NCBI GenBank assembly: GCA_012862495.1
Contig: BLSG01000092.1
Coordinates: 15,221-79,220 of the forward strand
Direction: 5' to 3'
Length of the DNA stretch: 64,000 bases
Origin: Thraustochytrium aureum
Taxonomy: Eukaryota
In this document: positions 1-15,000 of the stretch, piece by piece
Position numbering within the stretch: the stretch's first letter is position 1
How the letters are laid out: every line of letters starts with the position of its first letter
Program-made: the position numbers and the translations under genes
Notes under the pieces: model-generated
Told to the model about the DNA's origin: nothing
The model's database searches: none
What the model saw: only the letters and a program-made list of their open reading frames with translations

Positions 1-3000
1 TTTTGTTCGCAGGACTCTGTGTGTTCCTCGTTGTTCTTTCAGGAGAACAACGAATGGGTTCTGCACAAGAGTGCTCCTTTGTTCTTGATACGCGAGGGAA
101 GGCGGCGCAGGCGGCGCAGGAGGGCGCAGGCGGCCGGGGGCAGGCAGAGCCGTACTCACCTGGTGCTCGGCGCGGGGGAGGAGCAGCGCGGAACCCGGCT
201 TCATCGCGCTCATCGCAGGCCGCTCGGGCCCTGGCGGCGCCGGTCGGATGGCGGGGCACTATGGAGACCTGCCCCCGACGCAAAGGCTGATGGCGGAGCT
301 CGCGGACCTCGGAGCGCTCAACCCCGTGTCCAGCGCGCTGTCCAGGGACGCCGTGCGCGCGATCGTCAAGCGGGCAAAGGAGGCCAGCACGCGGTGGCCG
401 AGGCGGCCGGAGAGGCAGGAACGAGAGGCACCTGCAACGCAAGCTGTTGACGTCTACGCGCTCGTGAGACAGGCAGCGGAGCGGGACGCCGTTCAGCTTG
501 GATGGGTCGTTGAAGGAGCGCAAAGCGAGGACGCCATCCACGGGGAAGATGAGGGCCAGGCTGTGGTGGCAGCAGAGCTGGCTCAGGCGGTCCCTGCGCT
601 GCAGTATGACGCAGAAATGATCGACACCTTCAAAGTCGTTCTTGGATCTGTTTTCTCACACTGCGCTGGCGGCGAAGCTGTGGCATCGCACGGCTTGACC
701 ACCATCTCGGGCTACATGGCCAGCAACGAGCGCAAGTCCGGGCGGGACGCGCCGAAAGACGAGGCGGTCGTCTCGAGAGCGGGCCNNNNNNNNNNNNNNN
801 NNNNNNNNNNNNNNNNNNNNNNNNNNNNNNNNNNNNNNNNNNNNNNNNNNNNNNNNNNNNNNNNNNNNNNNNNNNNNNNNNNNNNNNNNNNNNNNNNNNN
901 NNNNNNNNNNNNNNNNNNNNNNNNNNNNNNNNNNNNNNNNNNNNNNNNNNNNNNNNNNNNNNNNNNNNNNNNNNNNNNNNNNNNNNNNNNNNNNNNNNNN
1001 NNNNNNNNNNNNNNNNNNNNNNNNNNNNNNNNNNNNNNNNNNNNNNNNNNNNNNNNNNNNNNNNNNNNNNNNNNNNNNNNNNNNNNNNNNNNNNNNNNNN
1101 NNNNNNNNNNNNNNNNNNNNNNNNNNNNNNNNNNNNNNNNNNNNNNNNNNNNNNNNNNNNNNNNNNNNNNNNNNNNNNNNNNNNNNNNNNNNNNNNNNNN
1201 NNNNNNNNNNNNNNNNNNNNNNNNNNNNNNNNNNNNNNNNNNNNNNNNNNNNNNNNNNNNNNNNNNNNNNNNNNNNNNNNNNNNNNNNNNNNNNNNNNNN
1301 NNNNNNNNNNNNNNNNNNNNNNNNNNNNNNNNNNNNNNNNNNNNNNNNNNNNNNNNNNNNNNNNNNNNNNNNNNNNNNNNNNNNNNNNNNNNNNNNNNNN
1401 NNNNNNNNNNNNNNNNNNNNNNNNNNNNNNNNNNNNNNNNNNNNNNNNNNNNNNNNNNNNNNNNCTCCAGCGGCGACGACGGCCATGACGCGCTTCCCGC
1501 AGAGCAGTCGCCGGTCGAAGGCCCTTCGACGAACCCTCCCAAAAGGCGACGGCGGTCGGCTCGTCAAAAGCGTCGAAAGAGGGGCAAAACCGCAGATCTG
1601 GGAGCCCAAGGCCACCAACGCGCCTCGGGCAACGGCAGCAACGATAAAGAGCCGTCCGCCTCGCACCATTCCGCCGCCTCGGAAAACGACGAGGAAGAGT
1701 TCGATACTGTACTTCCAGGGTGCGCAGTCTCCCAGGTGTTTGGACGTGCGCTCGAGATCGACCAAAGCACACTTTCTGTTCAAGTCCCGGAAGTGTATGA
1801 CCTCGACGGAAAGCAAGACCTCGAGGTCAAGCACACCGCTTTCAGGTGCGACGGCTGCACAAACCCAGGCCAACTGCAGGGGACGCGCCTTCAGTGCGCC
1901 AATTGCGAGGGGTTCGACCTCTGCCTAGACTGCTATACGGCCGGAAAGCACGACGCCGACCACCCGTTCTGGGCCTACGGTCAGTCGAAAGCGCTGCGAA
2001 AGCTGCTTCCCCCACGCTCTTCGCCACCGACAGCCGTCGTTGGTGTGCCGTGCGCGCCAGTTTTTGCCGATCCAGCCCGCGCCCCTCACGTGCAGTACAA
2101 GAAGAACGCGGTGTACTTTGAGGTCGTCGTGCAGAAGCCAGCTCGGATGCTACGCGTCGGCTGGGGGCTGCAACGTGCCGAGCACGCTGCACAGCTCGGT
2201 GAGGATGCCAACGGCTGGGCACTTGAGCTCCCCTCAGGTATGCGATTCCACCAAGGGCCGCAGGGCTTGCACGCCACCACCCCCACGCCGCAGTCATCCA
2301 AGGACGCGAGGACGGGCGAAGCCGAGGGGGGAAATACGCAGGCCGCGCTCCAGGCGGGCGACGTAATCTCCTGTTGGCTCGACCTTGACAGCTTCTCGAT
2401 GTTTGTTGCGCTGAACGGAGCGCCTCAGTCAAACGCCGTGTTTTCGATCCCGCGCGACGTAGGCCCGGTCATGCCATGCGTCGGCACCCTCTGCGAAACT
2501 TCCACAGAGCAGAGTCAGCCGCGACTGGACACTCACGCAGAATCCCCACAAGGCCGTGCGGCTGGCGCAGGCGCAACTGACGCAAATCGCAGCACACGGG
2601 GTGGGCGCGGCGCGAGAGCGCGNNNNNNNNNNNNNNNNNNNNNNNNNNNNNNNNNNNNNNNNNNNNNNNNNNNNNNNNNNNNNNNNNNNNNNNNNNNNNN
2701 NNNNNNNNNNNNNNNNNNNNNNNNNNNNNNNNNNNNNNNNNNNNNNNNNNNNNNNNNNNNNNNNNNNNNNNNNNNNNNNNNNNNNNNNNNNNNNNNNNNN
2801 NNNNNNNNNNNNNNNNNNNNNNNNNNNNNNNNNNNNNNNNNNNNNNNNNNNNNNNNNNNNNNNNNNNNNNNNNNNNNNNNNNNNNNNNNNNNNNNNNNNN
2901 NNNNNNNNNNNNNNNNNNNNNNNNNNNNNNNNNTTCAGCACGTTGAAGCAGTTGATGTCTCGGCGCTTGATCAACTCAGCACTCTGCCGATTTTCGCCAG

Positions 3001-6000
3001 GCTCAGCGCCCTCCACGTCCCGCGCATACCTGGCGCGGGGGCCAGGCTCGAGGCCCAGGCGCATTTCGAGCAGGCCCTGCGGGTGGGAGAAGACTTTACC
3101 TTTGACGCACTGGTGTTCTGGGACCCGCCCGAGTTCGGGACCGCGAACAGCGCCAAAAGCCAGTACGTCATCCTCTCAACAGTGAGCGCCAAGGACGCCA
3201 AGGACGCCAAGGGCTTGAAGTCCCCGACCGCGTCGCTTGCCACAACCTTCGGAATCGTCGGGGACGGCTACCTTTTCCTCAAGCGACAAAACGCGAGACC
3301 ATCACTTCGTCGCGCAGCGCGGTCGTCCTGCCCGGTCGCTGGAACCACGTCGCTGTCTCCTTCTACGGCAGCTCCTACAGGGCTTCCTCCGTGTCGTTTT
3401 CCGGTAACGGGCTCTCCGTCAAAAGCGATTCGCGCCGCAAGCGCGGCGGGACGGGCGGGATGGCCTCAGCCGCAGCCGCGTTTGGACGCTCCGCCGAACG
3501 CGACCCCTTCCGTGTCGCGCAGGGATCGCTGCGCAGCGCATGGGGCCTGGCCTCCAGGCCGAACGGGGATGCAGAACCGGGTTTGCCACCGTCTGGAGCT
3601 GCCGCGCACGGCACGGCGCCTTCGGTGGGACGCAAGTGGCCTGGCTCGCCACCCACGACCTGGACCATCGGGGCGAGCTGTGGCCAGAGCCAGAGGCAGA
3701 CCAGAACCCGGCCCAGGGCGAGGGTGAGCCTGCTGCGCAGAGCATCGATGGCACCACGCAAACCACGCTTCGGAACCAGTTCGCGGGGTACATGGCCGAG
3801 GTTCGAGTCTGGAAGCGCGGACTCAGCGCGCGCGAGCTCCTGCCGAGCATGGGGAGGGTGGTCAAGTTGCCATCTTCGCTCGAGCGCCACATCGTCTTCC
3901 GCTTCCGGGCGGACGAGGCTGAAGGGTGCCCGCTTCTGTACATCGCTGGGGACTCCGCCGCGACGCAAATGCATCCTGGCGCCAAGCTGGAGGGAGGCGC
4001 GTCCCTAGACTCGACCTTCATCGCGAGCAGGGCCCGCGCGGCCTTCCTCGGCGAGCAGCGACTCGAAGCTCAGGTTCGACACGGCACAGCGATCGGGCCA
4101 GCTGCGTCGTTTGTGCTAGGGGCGGCCGACGTCCAAGCAGAAGGTCTGTGTGATCGGGTGCTCCTCAAGCTCCTGGGACAGCTGGTTCGACTCGTGGAGG
4201 ACGTTGACGCCTTTGCGGATCGCGAGGAAGGGAACCGCGGCGTTGGGCTTCGGCTCGTTCCGCCCCAGTCGTGCGTTCACCCGCACGTGCTAGTGTTTCT
4301 GCTGATCTATTCCCTGCTGCGACAGGCTGCTGACGCGATTGGCGTCTCGCGAGCGGCGCCGGCCGTGATTCTCGCTCTCGTCCGCTTGCTGCGAGCCAAC
4401 CTGGCAGCGCTGCGTGCGCGGAACATGCAGCCCGCAAGCGTCGGCCTGGGCCCGCCGCCCTCGCCTGCCGCTGGCTCCAAAGTATCCAAGCTGCGCGCCC
4501 TACTGCTCGAAGCCGCCGCCGCCGTCGGCGAGCGTTCGACGCTCGGGCTGGCAATCCGAGACGAGGTCCTTCGAACGCTCTGCGAGTCCGTCACTACTTT
4601 CTACCCCTCACACGACGAACGGCGCGGCCTTGTTTCTGCTCTCGTGGGCCAGCGCAATACCAAGCCGCTCTTGCGCGGCGCTGCCATGAGCGGCGCAGGT
4701 GTGCCGGCAAGTCAGAGCTGTCGCGACCGGTACCTCGAGCTGCTTTCCGAGGCTGTTGCCCAAGACGAGGCGCTTTTGGGCGCGCTGGTGGCTGCACCGA
4801 GCGACGCCCTTGCCTCGCCGCGGAAGAGCAAGGCCGTATCTGGCCTCGCGAGCGCCTCCCCAGCAAATCGTCGCCAAGCGGGAAGCGGCTCGGCAGGGCA
4901 AAGACTGCAATGGACCAGCGTGTTTGTGCGTGGGTCGCTGAGCGGCCGGCACTCGTTTGTCACCGAGTCCGCAGCGGCTGCAGCGGCTAACGCTGGCGTT
5001 ACGCCGAACAACTCTCTCACGAAGCGTACCGTCATCAGATACATGCAGCTCGTCGCGCCGGCGGCCTGGCTGGAGGCGCACAACCTGGACCAAAACGAGA
5101 TGGTCGTCACAAGAACCTGCACTAGTGACAAGATCTCCACCCTCTACACCGACCTGGAGACGCGCGTCGAAGCAGGGGAGATCACGCTCGGGCCGCAAGA
5201 CGCCCCTAGTGAGGACCCAACCGAGCCCGCACAAGCCCTGCAGCACGTCGAGCAGGCCCTCGGCGACCCCGGCGCGCTTGGCGACCGCGAGGTCCCAAGG
5301 ACCGAGGGTCTGTCGGATCGCCTTTCGCCACGGCCCCGTCGTGCGCGACAAGCGGGCGAGCAACTGACGGACGGGAGCGAGCTCCATCCGCAAGGCGCGT
5401 TGCTCGAGGAGCGCCAGTCCATGATGGAATTCGCTGAGACGCTNNNNNNNNNNNNNNNNNNNNNNNNNNNNNNNNNNNNNNNNNNNNNNNNNNNNNNNNN
5501 NNNNNNNNNNNNNNNNNNNNNNNNNNNNNNNNNNNNNNNNNNNNNNNNNNNNNNNNNNNNNNNNNNNNNNNNNNNNNNNNNNNNNNNNNNNNNNNNNNNN
5601 NNNNNNNNNNNNNNNNNNNNNNNNNNNNNNNNNNNNNNNNNNNNNNNNNNNNNNNNNNNNNNNNNNNNNNNNNNNNNNNNNNNNNNNNNNNNNNNNNNNN
5701 GCTCCCGCCCCGATGCAGTTGTGGACCTGCTCAGGCGTGTGCAGATGTACATGAGCGACTTCGAGACAGGTGGGGAATCAAAGGGGAACCAGGCGCCGAG
5801 GAGCCGGCGCGCCCGGGTCGGCTTCTCGAGCTGTTCCTCCGCGGCGCTGAAGAGCCCAAGGACCGACGAACCGCGGACAGGGCCCGCACCGACTCGACAA
5901 GCGATAGCCTCACCACCCACCACCAACCGCCTGCTCGCCAATGGTGGCAAGCCTCGGTTCGCGATACGCTCTCTGGGAGCAGCAGCCCTGGGTTGAACCC

Positions 6001-9000
6001 TCGGCAGACCTACTCTGCTCCAGTCCAGCTCGACGCTGAGCGCCAGTCCCGCTTCTTGACTCTCTCGAGTGACAGCCTCACTTGCACGCACGACAGAAAC
6101 AAGTCATGGGGTTCCGTCCTCGCTCGTCGCGGGTACGCCGCAAACACTGGGGTTCACCAATGGCAGGTGCGCATTTTGTGCTGCAACAGCAAAGGCCACA
6201 TGTTTGTCGGCCTCGCGGCGAAGGACATGCGCCTTGACTCGTACCTGGGCAACGACCGAAAGAGCTTTGGCGTCCTGCTCGCCGGGGACGTCTATTCGGA
6301 CGCAAAGGTCCGTCGACGCGGGGTGTTCCCCAGGGGCAGCTTTGGGACTGGATCGACTGTCCAGCTTTCTTTCGACACGGACCGCGGCGTGCTCCGTGTC
6401 GCAGATGCCGACGGTGCTGTTTGGGCTGCCGGTGAGGTCGAGCTTGCGTTGCCCTCCATGTTTGCCGAGGCGCCGGATGGCATCCTCTATCCGGCGATTT
6501 GCACGTACGAGCAGGGCGACTCTGCAACGCTAGTTGCCTCTGCGCCAGCGCAGGCCGCTCGAGGACACTGGATGGTCGAGACCAAGAGCGACGCCACAGA
6601 CGTCGGCGCGAATCGAGGCCTTCGCGGCCTACTGCGAACACCTGTTCAACAGCGTCGTGGCGGCCCGCGATCACACAGACCCCGACCTGCTCGAGCGACT
6701 CTTGGTAGGTCCCATTTCTGTCCTCTTGCTCGCCCCACTGTTTGACCCCGCGTGGGTGGACCGCGTTGAGCCGCAGTTGAGCTCGCTGCTCCTTTCTCTC
6801 GTTGGGAGCTGTGACGCGCCAGGCTCTGGCGGCACTCCACCGGCGTCCGCGGGTTCGAATCGGCAAAGCAAGATCTCGGAACTCCACGTTCTGCTCGGGG
6901 CTCTTGTTGGGCGTCTGCTCGCGTCAAAGGTGACGAGCGATGCTCGCGAGCTTGAGGCAGACGAGGCGCCTCCCGGAAACGGCTCGGCGCGCCTGAAAGA
7001 GCACGACCCCGCGATTCTCAGCAAGTGGTGCGACGCCGCGCTCGTTGCCCGCGGACTGAGCCAAGCTGGGTGCGTTCTAGCGACGAGCACGCCGCTGCCC
7101 CCGGCGCTAAGGATTGGCGTGTACAAGCAGAGCGAAGATGGCGTCTACCCTGGGGCTGTGGAAGGTGACTTGCACACCAGGGGAGGCGTGCAGCCAACGG
7201 CCGTCGTCCGCAGCGTCCTGGACGGAACAGGCCCTGCAAAGGCGCTGTTTGATTGGGTTGCGCGACACCTCAGCTTCAACCCGAACACCTTGCTGTCTCT
7301 CGGCGGGGCTGACATGGCTGAAGCGACCAACGCAATTCTCGCCGCGCTGCTTCACCACACGGGTTGGCTCGACGTTGGCTTCCGCCTCGGCCAGATTGTT
7401 GACGAGTACGCCGCGGCAGGCAAGCCCGAGCACCGGGCCGATCGGCTGCCCATTGTTCGGCCGGACGAGCGCTTGCTCGAGGTATGGAAAGCCGCGATGG
7501 AGATCAAAGCCTGGTTTGCACGGTACGAGAAGGATGCCGGCGCTGAGGACTCTGGCGCAGTCGGTCGCAGAGTCATGCAAGTCGCCTTTTTATTGCTGGA
7601 CCTAAACCCGTGCTGCACTCTAGCAGAGCACGAGGCAAGCTCGGTGGTCGAGCAGCTCCGCGCCGAGCTTGGCGTTCCGGTGACTCCTGCAAGGCAGTCC
7701 AGCGCCGGGCCTAGAGGTACAGACCCGTCCACACGATCGGCGTTGCTCGCCGCGATCTCAGGAGTCGATGGGCGGCTGTCGCCATTGCCGTTCCAGCGCT
7801 CGAACAGCAGCATTGCGCGCTTTCGGCTGTTTCGCACGCGCCACCGGACCCGCGCCACATTCCATACAGCGATCGCACAGATCACCTCGCTCGTGCACGA
7901 CGTCATCGCTGGCCGGGTTTCAGTCGCTCGGCTGCACACGCGCTTGCTTGCCCGGCGCGCTGCGGGCCGACGGCGGGCTATGGGCTTTGCCGGCCTCGAG
8001 CGCGTGCTCCGCCGCCTGCCGCTCTCCGCTAGCACGATGGCACTGCATTGCGCAGTCCTCGTGGCCGTACCAAGCGCGCTGCGCAACTGGACGTCCGGGA
8101 AAGTGGACACGGCGGCCCAGTGGCACTATTTGCAGGGACTCGAGTCCTGCAGCGCGGAGCTGCTTGGGGAGGTCTCTGGGGCCTTCGCGGGCTTCGGCCG
8201 CGCGACGGCCGAGCTGCTCCAAGCCTGCGCCGCCATTGGTCGGCCGCACGGCGTGGGCCTGCAGCTAGCCCTCCTGGACTGCTGGGGCGTCAAGCTCGAG
8301 CCCGTGGACCACGAGCTGCTGGCGCAGACGCACCTCTTCGAAACGCTCCACCGCATCATGGAGTCGTCCCGCGACGCAATCCTGCTCGGAGCTGGCGAGG
8401 ACGAGGAGCCGACTACAGATGCTTCGGCTGGGGCTGAGCAGTCGAGGGCGGTCGCGGAGCTGCAGCTCATCGGCCGCGCGGCCATGAAAGCCTTTTACCT
8501 GCTGTGCTCGCAGGTAGCAGTTTCGTCGCCCAACTCGAAAGCGGACAAGGGGGCCTTCGGGCCAGCCTTCGGGCCAAANNNNNNNNNNNNNNNNNNNNNN
8601 NNNNNNNNNNNNNNNNNNNNNNNNNNNNNNNNNNNNNNNNNNNNNNNNNNNNNNNNNNNNNNNNNNNNNNNNNNNNNNNNNNNNNNNNNNNNNNNNNNNN
8701 NNNNNNNNNNNNNNNNNNNNNNNNNNNNNNNNNNNNNNNNNNNNNNNNNNNNNNNNNNNNNNNNNNNNNNNNNNNNNNNNNNNNNNNNNNNNNNNNNNNN
8801 NNNNNNNNNNNNNNNNNNNNNNNNNNNNNNNNNNNNNNNNNNNNNNNNNNNNNNNNNNNNNNNNNNNNNNNNNNNNNNNNNNNNNNNNNNNNNNNNNNNN
8901 NNNNNNNNNNNNNNNNNNNNNNNNNNNNNNNNNNNNNNNNNNNNNNNNNNNNNNNNNNNNNNNNNNNNNNNNNNNNNNNNNNNNNNNNNNNNNNNNNNNN

Positions 9001-12000
9001 NNNNNNNNNNNNNNNNNNNNNNNNNNNNNNNNNNNNNNNNNNNNNNNNNNNNNNNNNNNNNNNNNNNNNNNNNNNNNNNNNNNNNNNNNNNNNNNNNNNN
9101 NNNNNNNNNNNNNNNNNNNNNNNNNNNNNNNNNNNNNNNNNNNNNNNNNNNNNNNNCTCTGCGCCGGAGCAGAGCGTGCTCGGTATTGACTCGCGACAGC
9201 TCGCTGCTCTGGCAATCCTCTCTGGCGGACTCGCAAAGCTGTATCCTGGCTCCAGTGCGTTTGTTATCAACGTGGACGAGGCTTCTTGCGCATGGCCTGG
9301 CCGACTGCCTGCAGAACTCAAGGAGCCCGTCGTGGCGCAGGTCACCTTGCCCTTCCAACCCGACGGCCGGCCAGTTGCCAGCGTGTCCAACCTCCAGATT
9401 GTACCAACGATAGACTTGACGGGTACGAGCCTGGCGCGGGACCTCGGCGCCGCAGCGCACGAACTGGTGGAGGTGGCCATCGGGTTTTCTCGCGACGTGT
9501 TGTTGGCTTATCCCCAAACTGCTCGGAGATGCGCCACTCGATACAAGGTTGCGCCCACCCGGGCCTCACTCGACGTCTTCGCGGACCGCTCATCGACCAA
9601 ACGCCTTGGCACTTTGGAGCGTGGAAGCGAGGTGCGGGCGACTCGCCGCGTCGGTTGCTGGGTGCAGCTGGAGCAAGCGCAGGCGCGCTCCTTTGGCGAA
9701 GACGTGCAGGAGGCATGGGTCATCGCGCAAGACCCGGACGACGACTATCTACTCGCTCCAGAGTTCGACGAGGAACCTTCTGGGTCGCAGAGTGCAGTGC
9801 TGGCTGTTGTCTTGGCGCTAAAATCGCTGTGTGAGTTTGCGGACGACGCAAAGCTCGCAGAGCTTGTCGCGGCCTCGATCCTATCCAGCGACCGCCGCAG
9901 CCCTCTCCGCTTGACCGAGCTCGTCGACCTGGCCCTAGACGAGTCGCCAGAGGTAACTCTGGGCGACGTAGGGCTCCTCGAGGAGCGGCTAAGCATGGTC
10001 CACGAGGAGCGGTTTTTGTGCGCTTGGCAAAGCGACCGAGCCAAACCCGGAACCGACGGCGTTGCAAGTCAATCCGGCGCCAAACCAGTTCGCAGCGAAA
10101 ATGGTCAGACGGAGAGCGATCAAGCCAGCACCGACAGCGAGGCGGACCCGCGCACACCTCCACACCGAGGCAGTGCCGGCAAAAAGCCAGCAACGGATGC
10201 AAACGACCAAGCCTCGCAGTCAGCGCAGGCCTTGCTTGCTGGAGGCGACGCGAGTACCAGCGAAGAGTATCAGGGAATGGTGCTACAGATTATGGACATG
10301 GGGTTTCCGCTCAGGTGGGCCGAGTTCGCGCTGCAGCGGACTGGCGATGTAACAGAGGCGATCACGTACATTTGCTCAAACGGCGATGTGTTGGACAGCC
10401 ATATTGTGGCAGCAGCAACCCTGGCGTCAGCGTCGGGTAGGCACAGCGACGTCCACGTCGCAGAAGGCGCTCCAGACGACACGGCCGCTGACGAAGAGCT
10501 TGTCGTCGATAGGCTGATGCATGCTGCAGGCCCTGGCGCGGCGGAAGCGCAGGAGGGGGACGAGGACGAGGTGCCAGATCCTGATCGAACGCCCGCGGGG
10601 AGCGAGCTGGATGAAGACTATATGGAGTTAGACGGCATGGATCTGCCCGGCCTATCCTTCTCAGGCGCCGCCCTGGACAACAGATGCCGTGCTGGACTTG
10701 CCGCCGGCTCAACCAAAGACAGCAGCGAATCGTCTGCGCTGCCGTTTCTCGGGCTGAATAGCGAGAACAAGCGGGCGCTTGCTGGGGCCTGCAAGCGGGT
10801 GTGGGGACCGTGCGCAGACTCGCGAGCCTCGTACGCTGACCTGATCGCAACCTACAGTGTCGGCGAGCTCGATGAGGAGTTGCGTCTTGTGGCTCACACA
10901 GTGAGCGTCTTGCGGGCTCGGTTCCTGCTTTTGAGCGTCCTCTGTGCGGCAGGGCGCGAGAAGGCGTTGCTAGGCGAGCTGCACCAGGTCTTGCAGGCGA
11001 ATCAAGGCGCCATTGAGCGCATCATCCAGGTCCTGGTCATGGAGTGCTTTGTCTCGTACAAGTTTTACACGGTCCCGATCCTTGAGCGCCTCTGCGCCGC
11101 CTGCTCTGGTTGCTCGCACCCGGCGCCCGGGGATCTCTCGCTCCCAAGCTTGGCCAGGCCGCTGGTGCGGTCACTTCTCCAGTCAAGTTCGGGGACGGTA
11201 GAGGAAGTCCTCCTCAGCTCTGTCCGGGAGCACGTCATGAAGGCAGTTTCCGCGGATGTTGTCATCGACAGCCACATTCGCGGACCGGGCGGCGACAGCG
11301 CCGTGGCCGCCCCGTCGTCGTCGATATCGCTGTGGTTTGTCGATTGGGCGACCAAGCTCTTGACGGAGAGCTGGCGCGAGAGTCTGCTGCGCGCGTCTAC
11401 AGAGACGGGGGCGCCGGCCCCCAAGAGGTCTGGGGAGAGCATCCGTATGAAGCTCTTTCGGACTTGGGTGCAGGCCATGCGGTCTCCGAGCTCTGCTATC
11501 AAGTGCAAGGCGATGGATGTGCTTTGCGGGTTTCTTGCGGATGCAGGGGAGGAGGCGCGAAAGTCTGGCTGCTCCGACTTGCCGAGCATGCTGGAGGTAG
11601 TTCCCTACCGTCGCTTGCGTTCGCTGGCTGCCCGCAGTGTCTGGCGCGCAGCCGACGACCCCGACGGTTTTGGCCCTTACGTGAAGGGTCTGGTTCGGCT
11701 TGTGGCTGCGATCGAGTCCTGCCACGCCCTCGACCCCGCGCGGATCAACGGGCCTCCGCGGCTTGGTGGGCTCCGTTTGCGGCCAAAGGGCCATGTCGAA
11801 TTTCGCGAAGCGAATGGGCAGGTGCAACCGCCGCTCAGCGTGCCCTGGACGGTGAGCATGTGGATCCGCTGCGAAAAGGGGTGGGACGGCGCTGGCGGCG
11901 TCGAGGCGGGTCTCCGGCCGCGTCGAGTGCTTCTCAGCCGGTTCCCGGCAACTGCGGCTGCAGCAGAAGGTCGACTCTCTTCAAGCTCGTCTGGCGCGAG

Positions 12001-15000
12001 TCCCCTCCAACTCGTTGCAGCGACGCAAGTGGGCGGGTACGTCGGCGTCGAGTCCGCCAACAAGGGCGAGCGGTCGCTTGGATTCCGCCTCCCTGAAGGT
12101 GCGTGGACGCTGGTCACCTTTGTGTGCGGCCGCCTTCCGCTCGTGGCGACGAGGGCAGGTCGTGCTCGAGCAGGCAGCCGCAGGTCGAGAGGGCGGCGCC
12201 CGGCCAGACACGCCCCTCGCGAGGGCGAGAGCGACTGGGCAAAGGTTGACGCCATGGAAGCAACGAGGCAGGCCGGAAGTCATGACCACAACATCGCCCA
12301 GCGGAGCANNNNNNNNNNNNNNNNNNNNNNNNNNNNNNNNNNNNNNNNNNNNNNNNNNNNNNNNNNNNNNNNNNNNNNNNNNNNNNNNNNNNNNNNNNNN
12401 NNNNNNNNNNNNNNNNNNNNNNNNNNNNNNNNNNNNNNNNNNNNNNNNNNNNNNNNNNNNNNNNNNNNNNNNNNNNNNNNNNNNNNNNNNNNNNNNNNNN
12501 NNNNNNNNNNNNNNNNNNNNNNNNNNNNNNNNNNNNNNNNNNNNNNNNNNNNNNNNNNNNNNNNNNNNNNNNNNNNNNNNNNNNNNNNNNNNNNNNNNNN
12601 NNNNNNNNNNNNNNNNNNNNNNNNNNNNNNNNNNNNNNNNNNNNNNNNNNNNNNNNNNNNNNNNNNNNNNNNNNNNNNNNNNNNNNNNNNNNNNNNNNNN
12701 NNNNNNNNNNNNNNNNNNNNNNNNNNNNNNNNNNNNNNNNNNNNNNNNNNNNNNNNNNNNNNNNNNNNNNNNNNNNNNNNNNNNNNNNNNNNNNNNNNNN
12801 NNNNNNNNNNNNNNNNNNNNNNNNNNNNNNNNNNNNNNNNNNNNNNNNNNNNNNNNNNNNNNNNNNNNNNNNNNNNNNNNNNNNNNNNNNNNNNNNNNNN
12901 NNNNNNNNNNNNNNNNNNNNNNNNNNNNNNNNNNNNNNNNNNNNNNNNNNNNNNNNNNNNNNNNNNNNNNNNNNNNNNNNNNNNNNNNNNNNNNNNNNNN
13001 NNNNNNNNNNNNNNNNNNNNNNNNNNNNNNNNNNNNNNNNNNNNNNNNNNNNNNNNNNNNNNNNNNNNNNNNNNNNNNNNNNNNNNNNNNNNNNNNNNNN
13101 NNNNNNNNNNNNNNNNNNNNNNNNNNNNNNNNNNNNNNNNNNNNNNNNNNNNNNACATGGGCACGGTTGCGTGGGAAGTCGTCGTGGACGCCGGCGGCAG
13201 CGAGCTAGGTCTAGTCTCGTTGGGGGTTTGCGCGAAGGGAGCCGACCTCGCGAAGCGGTGTGGGAGCGACTGCTACACATGGGCGCTAAATTCGAACGGC
13301 TCTGTGGTGCACGACAACGCCGAGCGGTCCTTTCTCCCCGTGTCACTGAAGCCTGGCGACGTCGTGTGCCTCGAACTCAACACCGATGCAAGAATCCTCA
13401 GCGTTGCTGTGAATGGGCGCGACTATGGCGCTGCGTTCACGAGCCGCGACGAGCTGCTCGAGGAGCCTGTTTCGCCCTGCGTCGGTCTTCGGAGCTCCGA
13501 CGACGATGTCATCCGCCGCGTGGGATTGAAGCACGGGCAAGCCTCGGTTGATTACCTCGGGGAGGGCGACCCGCGAAGCCGGTTCGAAGGAAACTGGCAG
13601 AATGGCCGCATGGACGGATATGGGACGCTTTGGATGCGCGACGGGCGGCGCGAGAGCGGCGTTTGGAGCGCTGGGAAGCGAGAAGGGGTCTTCAGGGTCG
13701 ACGCAGCGGATGGCGCCGTGACGTATGTGCTTTACATTGACGGAATGTCTGTCCAAGACGCTCCGATTCCGCAGGAGATGATCAACGAGCTGGAGCAAAC
13801 CCAGCGCGGCTCTACCCCGGGTGAAGGGGTTGGTTCATCAGGCGAAGCGGCACCGAGTGAAAGAGAGGCAATTCAAGGCGATCCGGCGCAGGTCGAACTG
13901 GGCCCCGAGGCTTTGGTGGAGACCGAGGTGCGGGGCTCGCTCATCGCAAGCCGGAACGCGTTGTTCGTTCTGGACGCGGATTCTGCGGGCCCAGGAATCA
14001 AAGTGTCCGACGACGGGCTTTCCGCCGAGTTTGTGGGAACAAGCGCGGGCTCTGGGGCGCGCTCATGCGTTCTTGGGAGCCACGGTTTCTCCAGCGGGGT
14101 TCACTATTGGGAGGTCAAGGTGCAAGGGATGCAGTGGGGATCGACCTTTATCGGCGTCTCGCAGCGCGGCGCTGGCGTGGGGTCGAGTTGGGGCAACGGG
14201 TACGGATTCGTCAACTACCGCGCGACGCACGGCCCGGAGGGGGAGCGCCTCTACGGCTCCTTTTACGCCGTAGGCGACGTCGTGGGCGTGCTTCTGGACA
14301 TGGACCGCGGCCGCTTGCACTTTTTCAAGGACAGCAAAGACTTTCAATCGGGGGAGAAGCAGGTCGTCGTTGATCTGGGGCTTGCCTATTCGGGGGTCCG
14401 CGGGCAGCCAAAGAGGCGTCCGGGGCCCGGCGTGGAAATGCGAGATGCGCCGTCTTGGGAAGGAGACGGTCCCGTGTTCTACCCGTGCTTTGGCCTCTCC
14501 AAGGCTCGCGACCGCCTCTGTCTGGCGCAGACCCGTTCTCTCTCCTTTGGGGCGCTCACCCCCAACGACCGCCTCGCTGATGCTACGGCAACAATCAGCG
14601 CTCTTACGCGATGGGGCGACGACGCTCTTTCCGTAAGCCCTGTCGAGTCCGGGCCCTGCTCCCTCTCGCGCGAGGCTTTTGCCTTGTATTGCCGCTGGCA
14701 CCGCCCTTCGACGAGAGGACCGCAATTTAAGCTATACTGGGCCCTCGGAGGGCTGCCGGTCGAGGTCTCACGTGATCGCAAGGCCTGCGAGGCAGCTTGT
14801 CCAAGCGACGAGCCCTTGTACCCCGGTGATCGGCTCAAGACCGACCGCGGTGCGGTCACTGTCGTCGGGACTCATCGCGGCTGCATCTGGTATGCGGTTG
14901 ATGGCTCTGACACCGCCCTGTTTTGGAGACCCCGCGAGCTCGCTACTCTGCTCTCTGACAAAAAGGTTTCGCGCCTGGACGGTGGGGGGCCTGTGCGGGA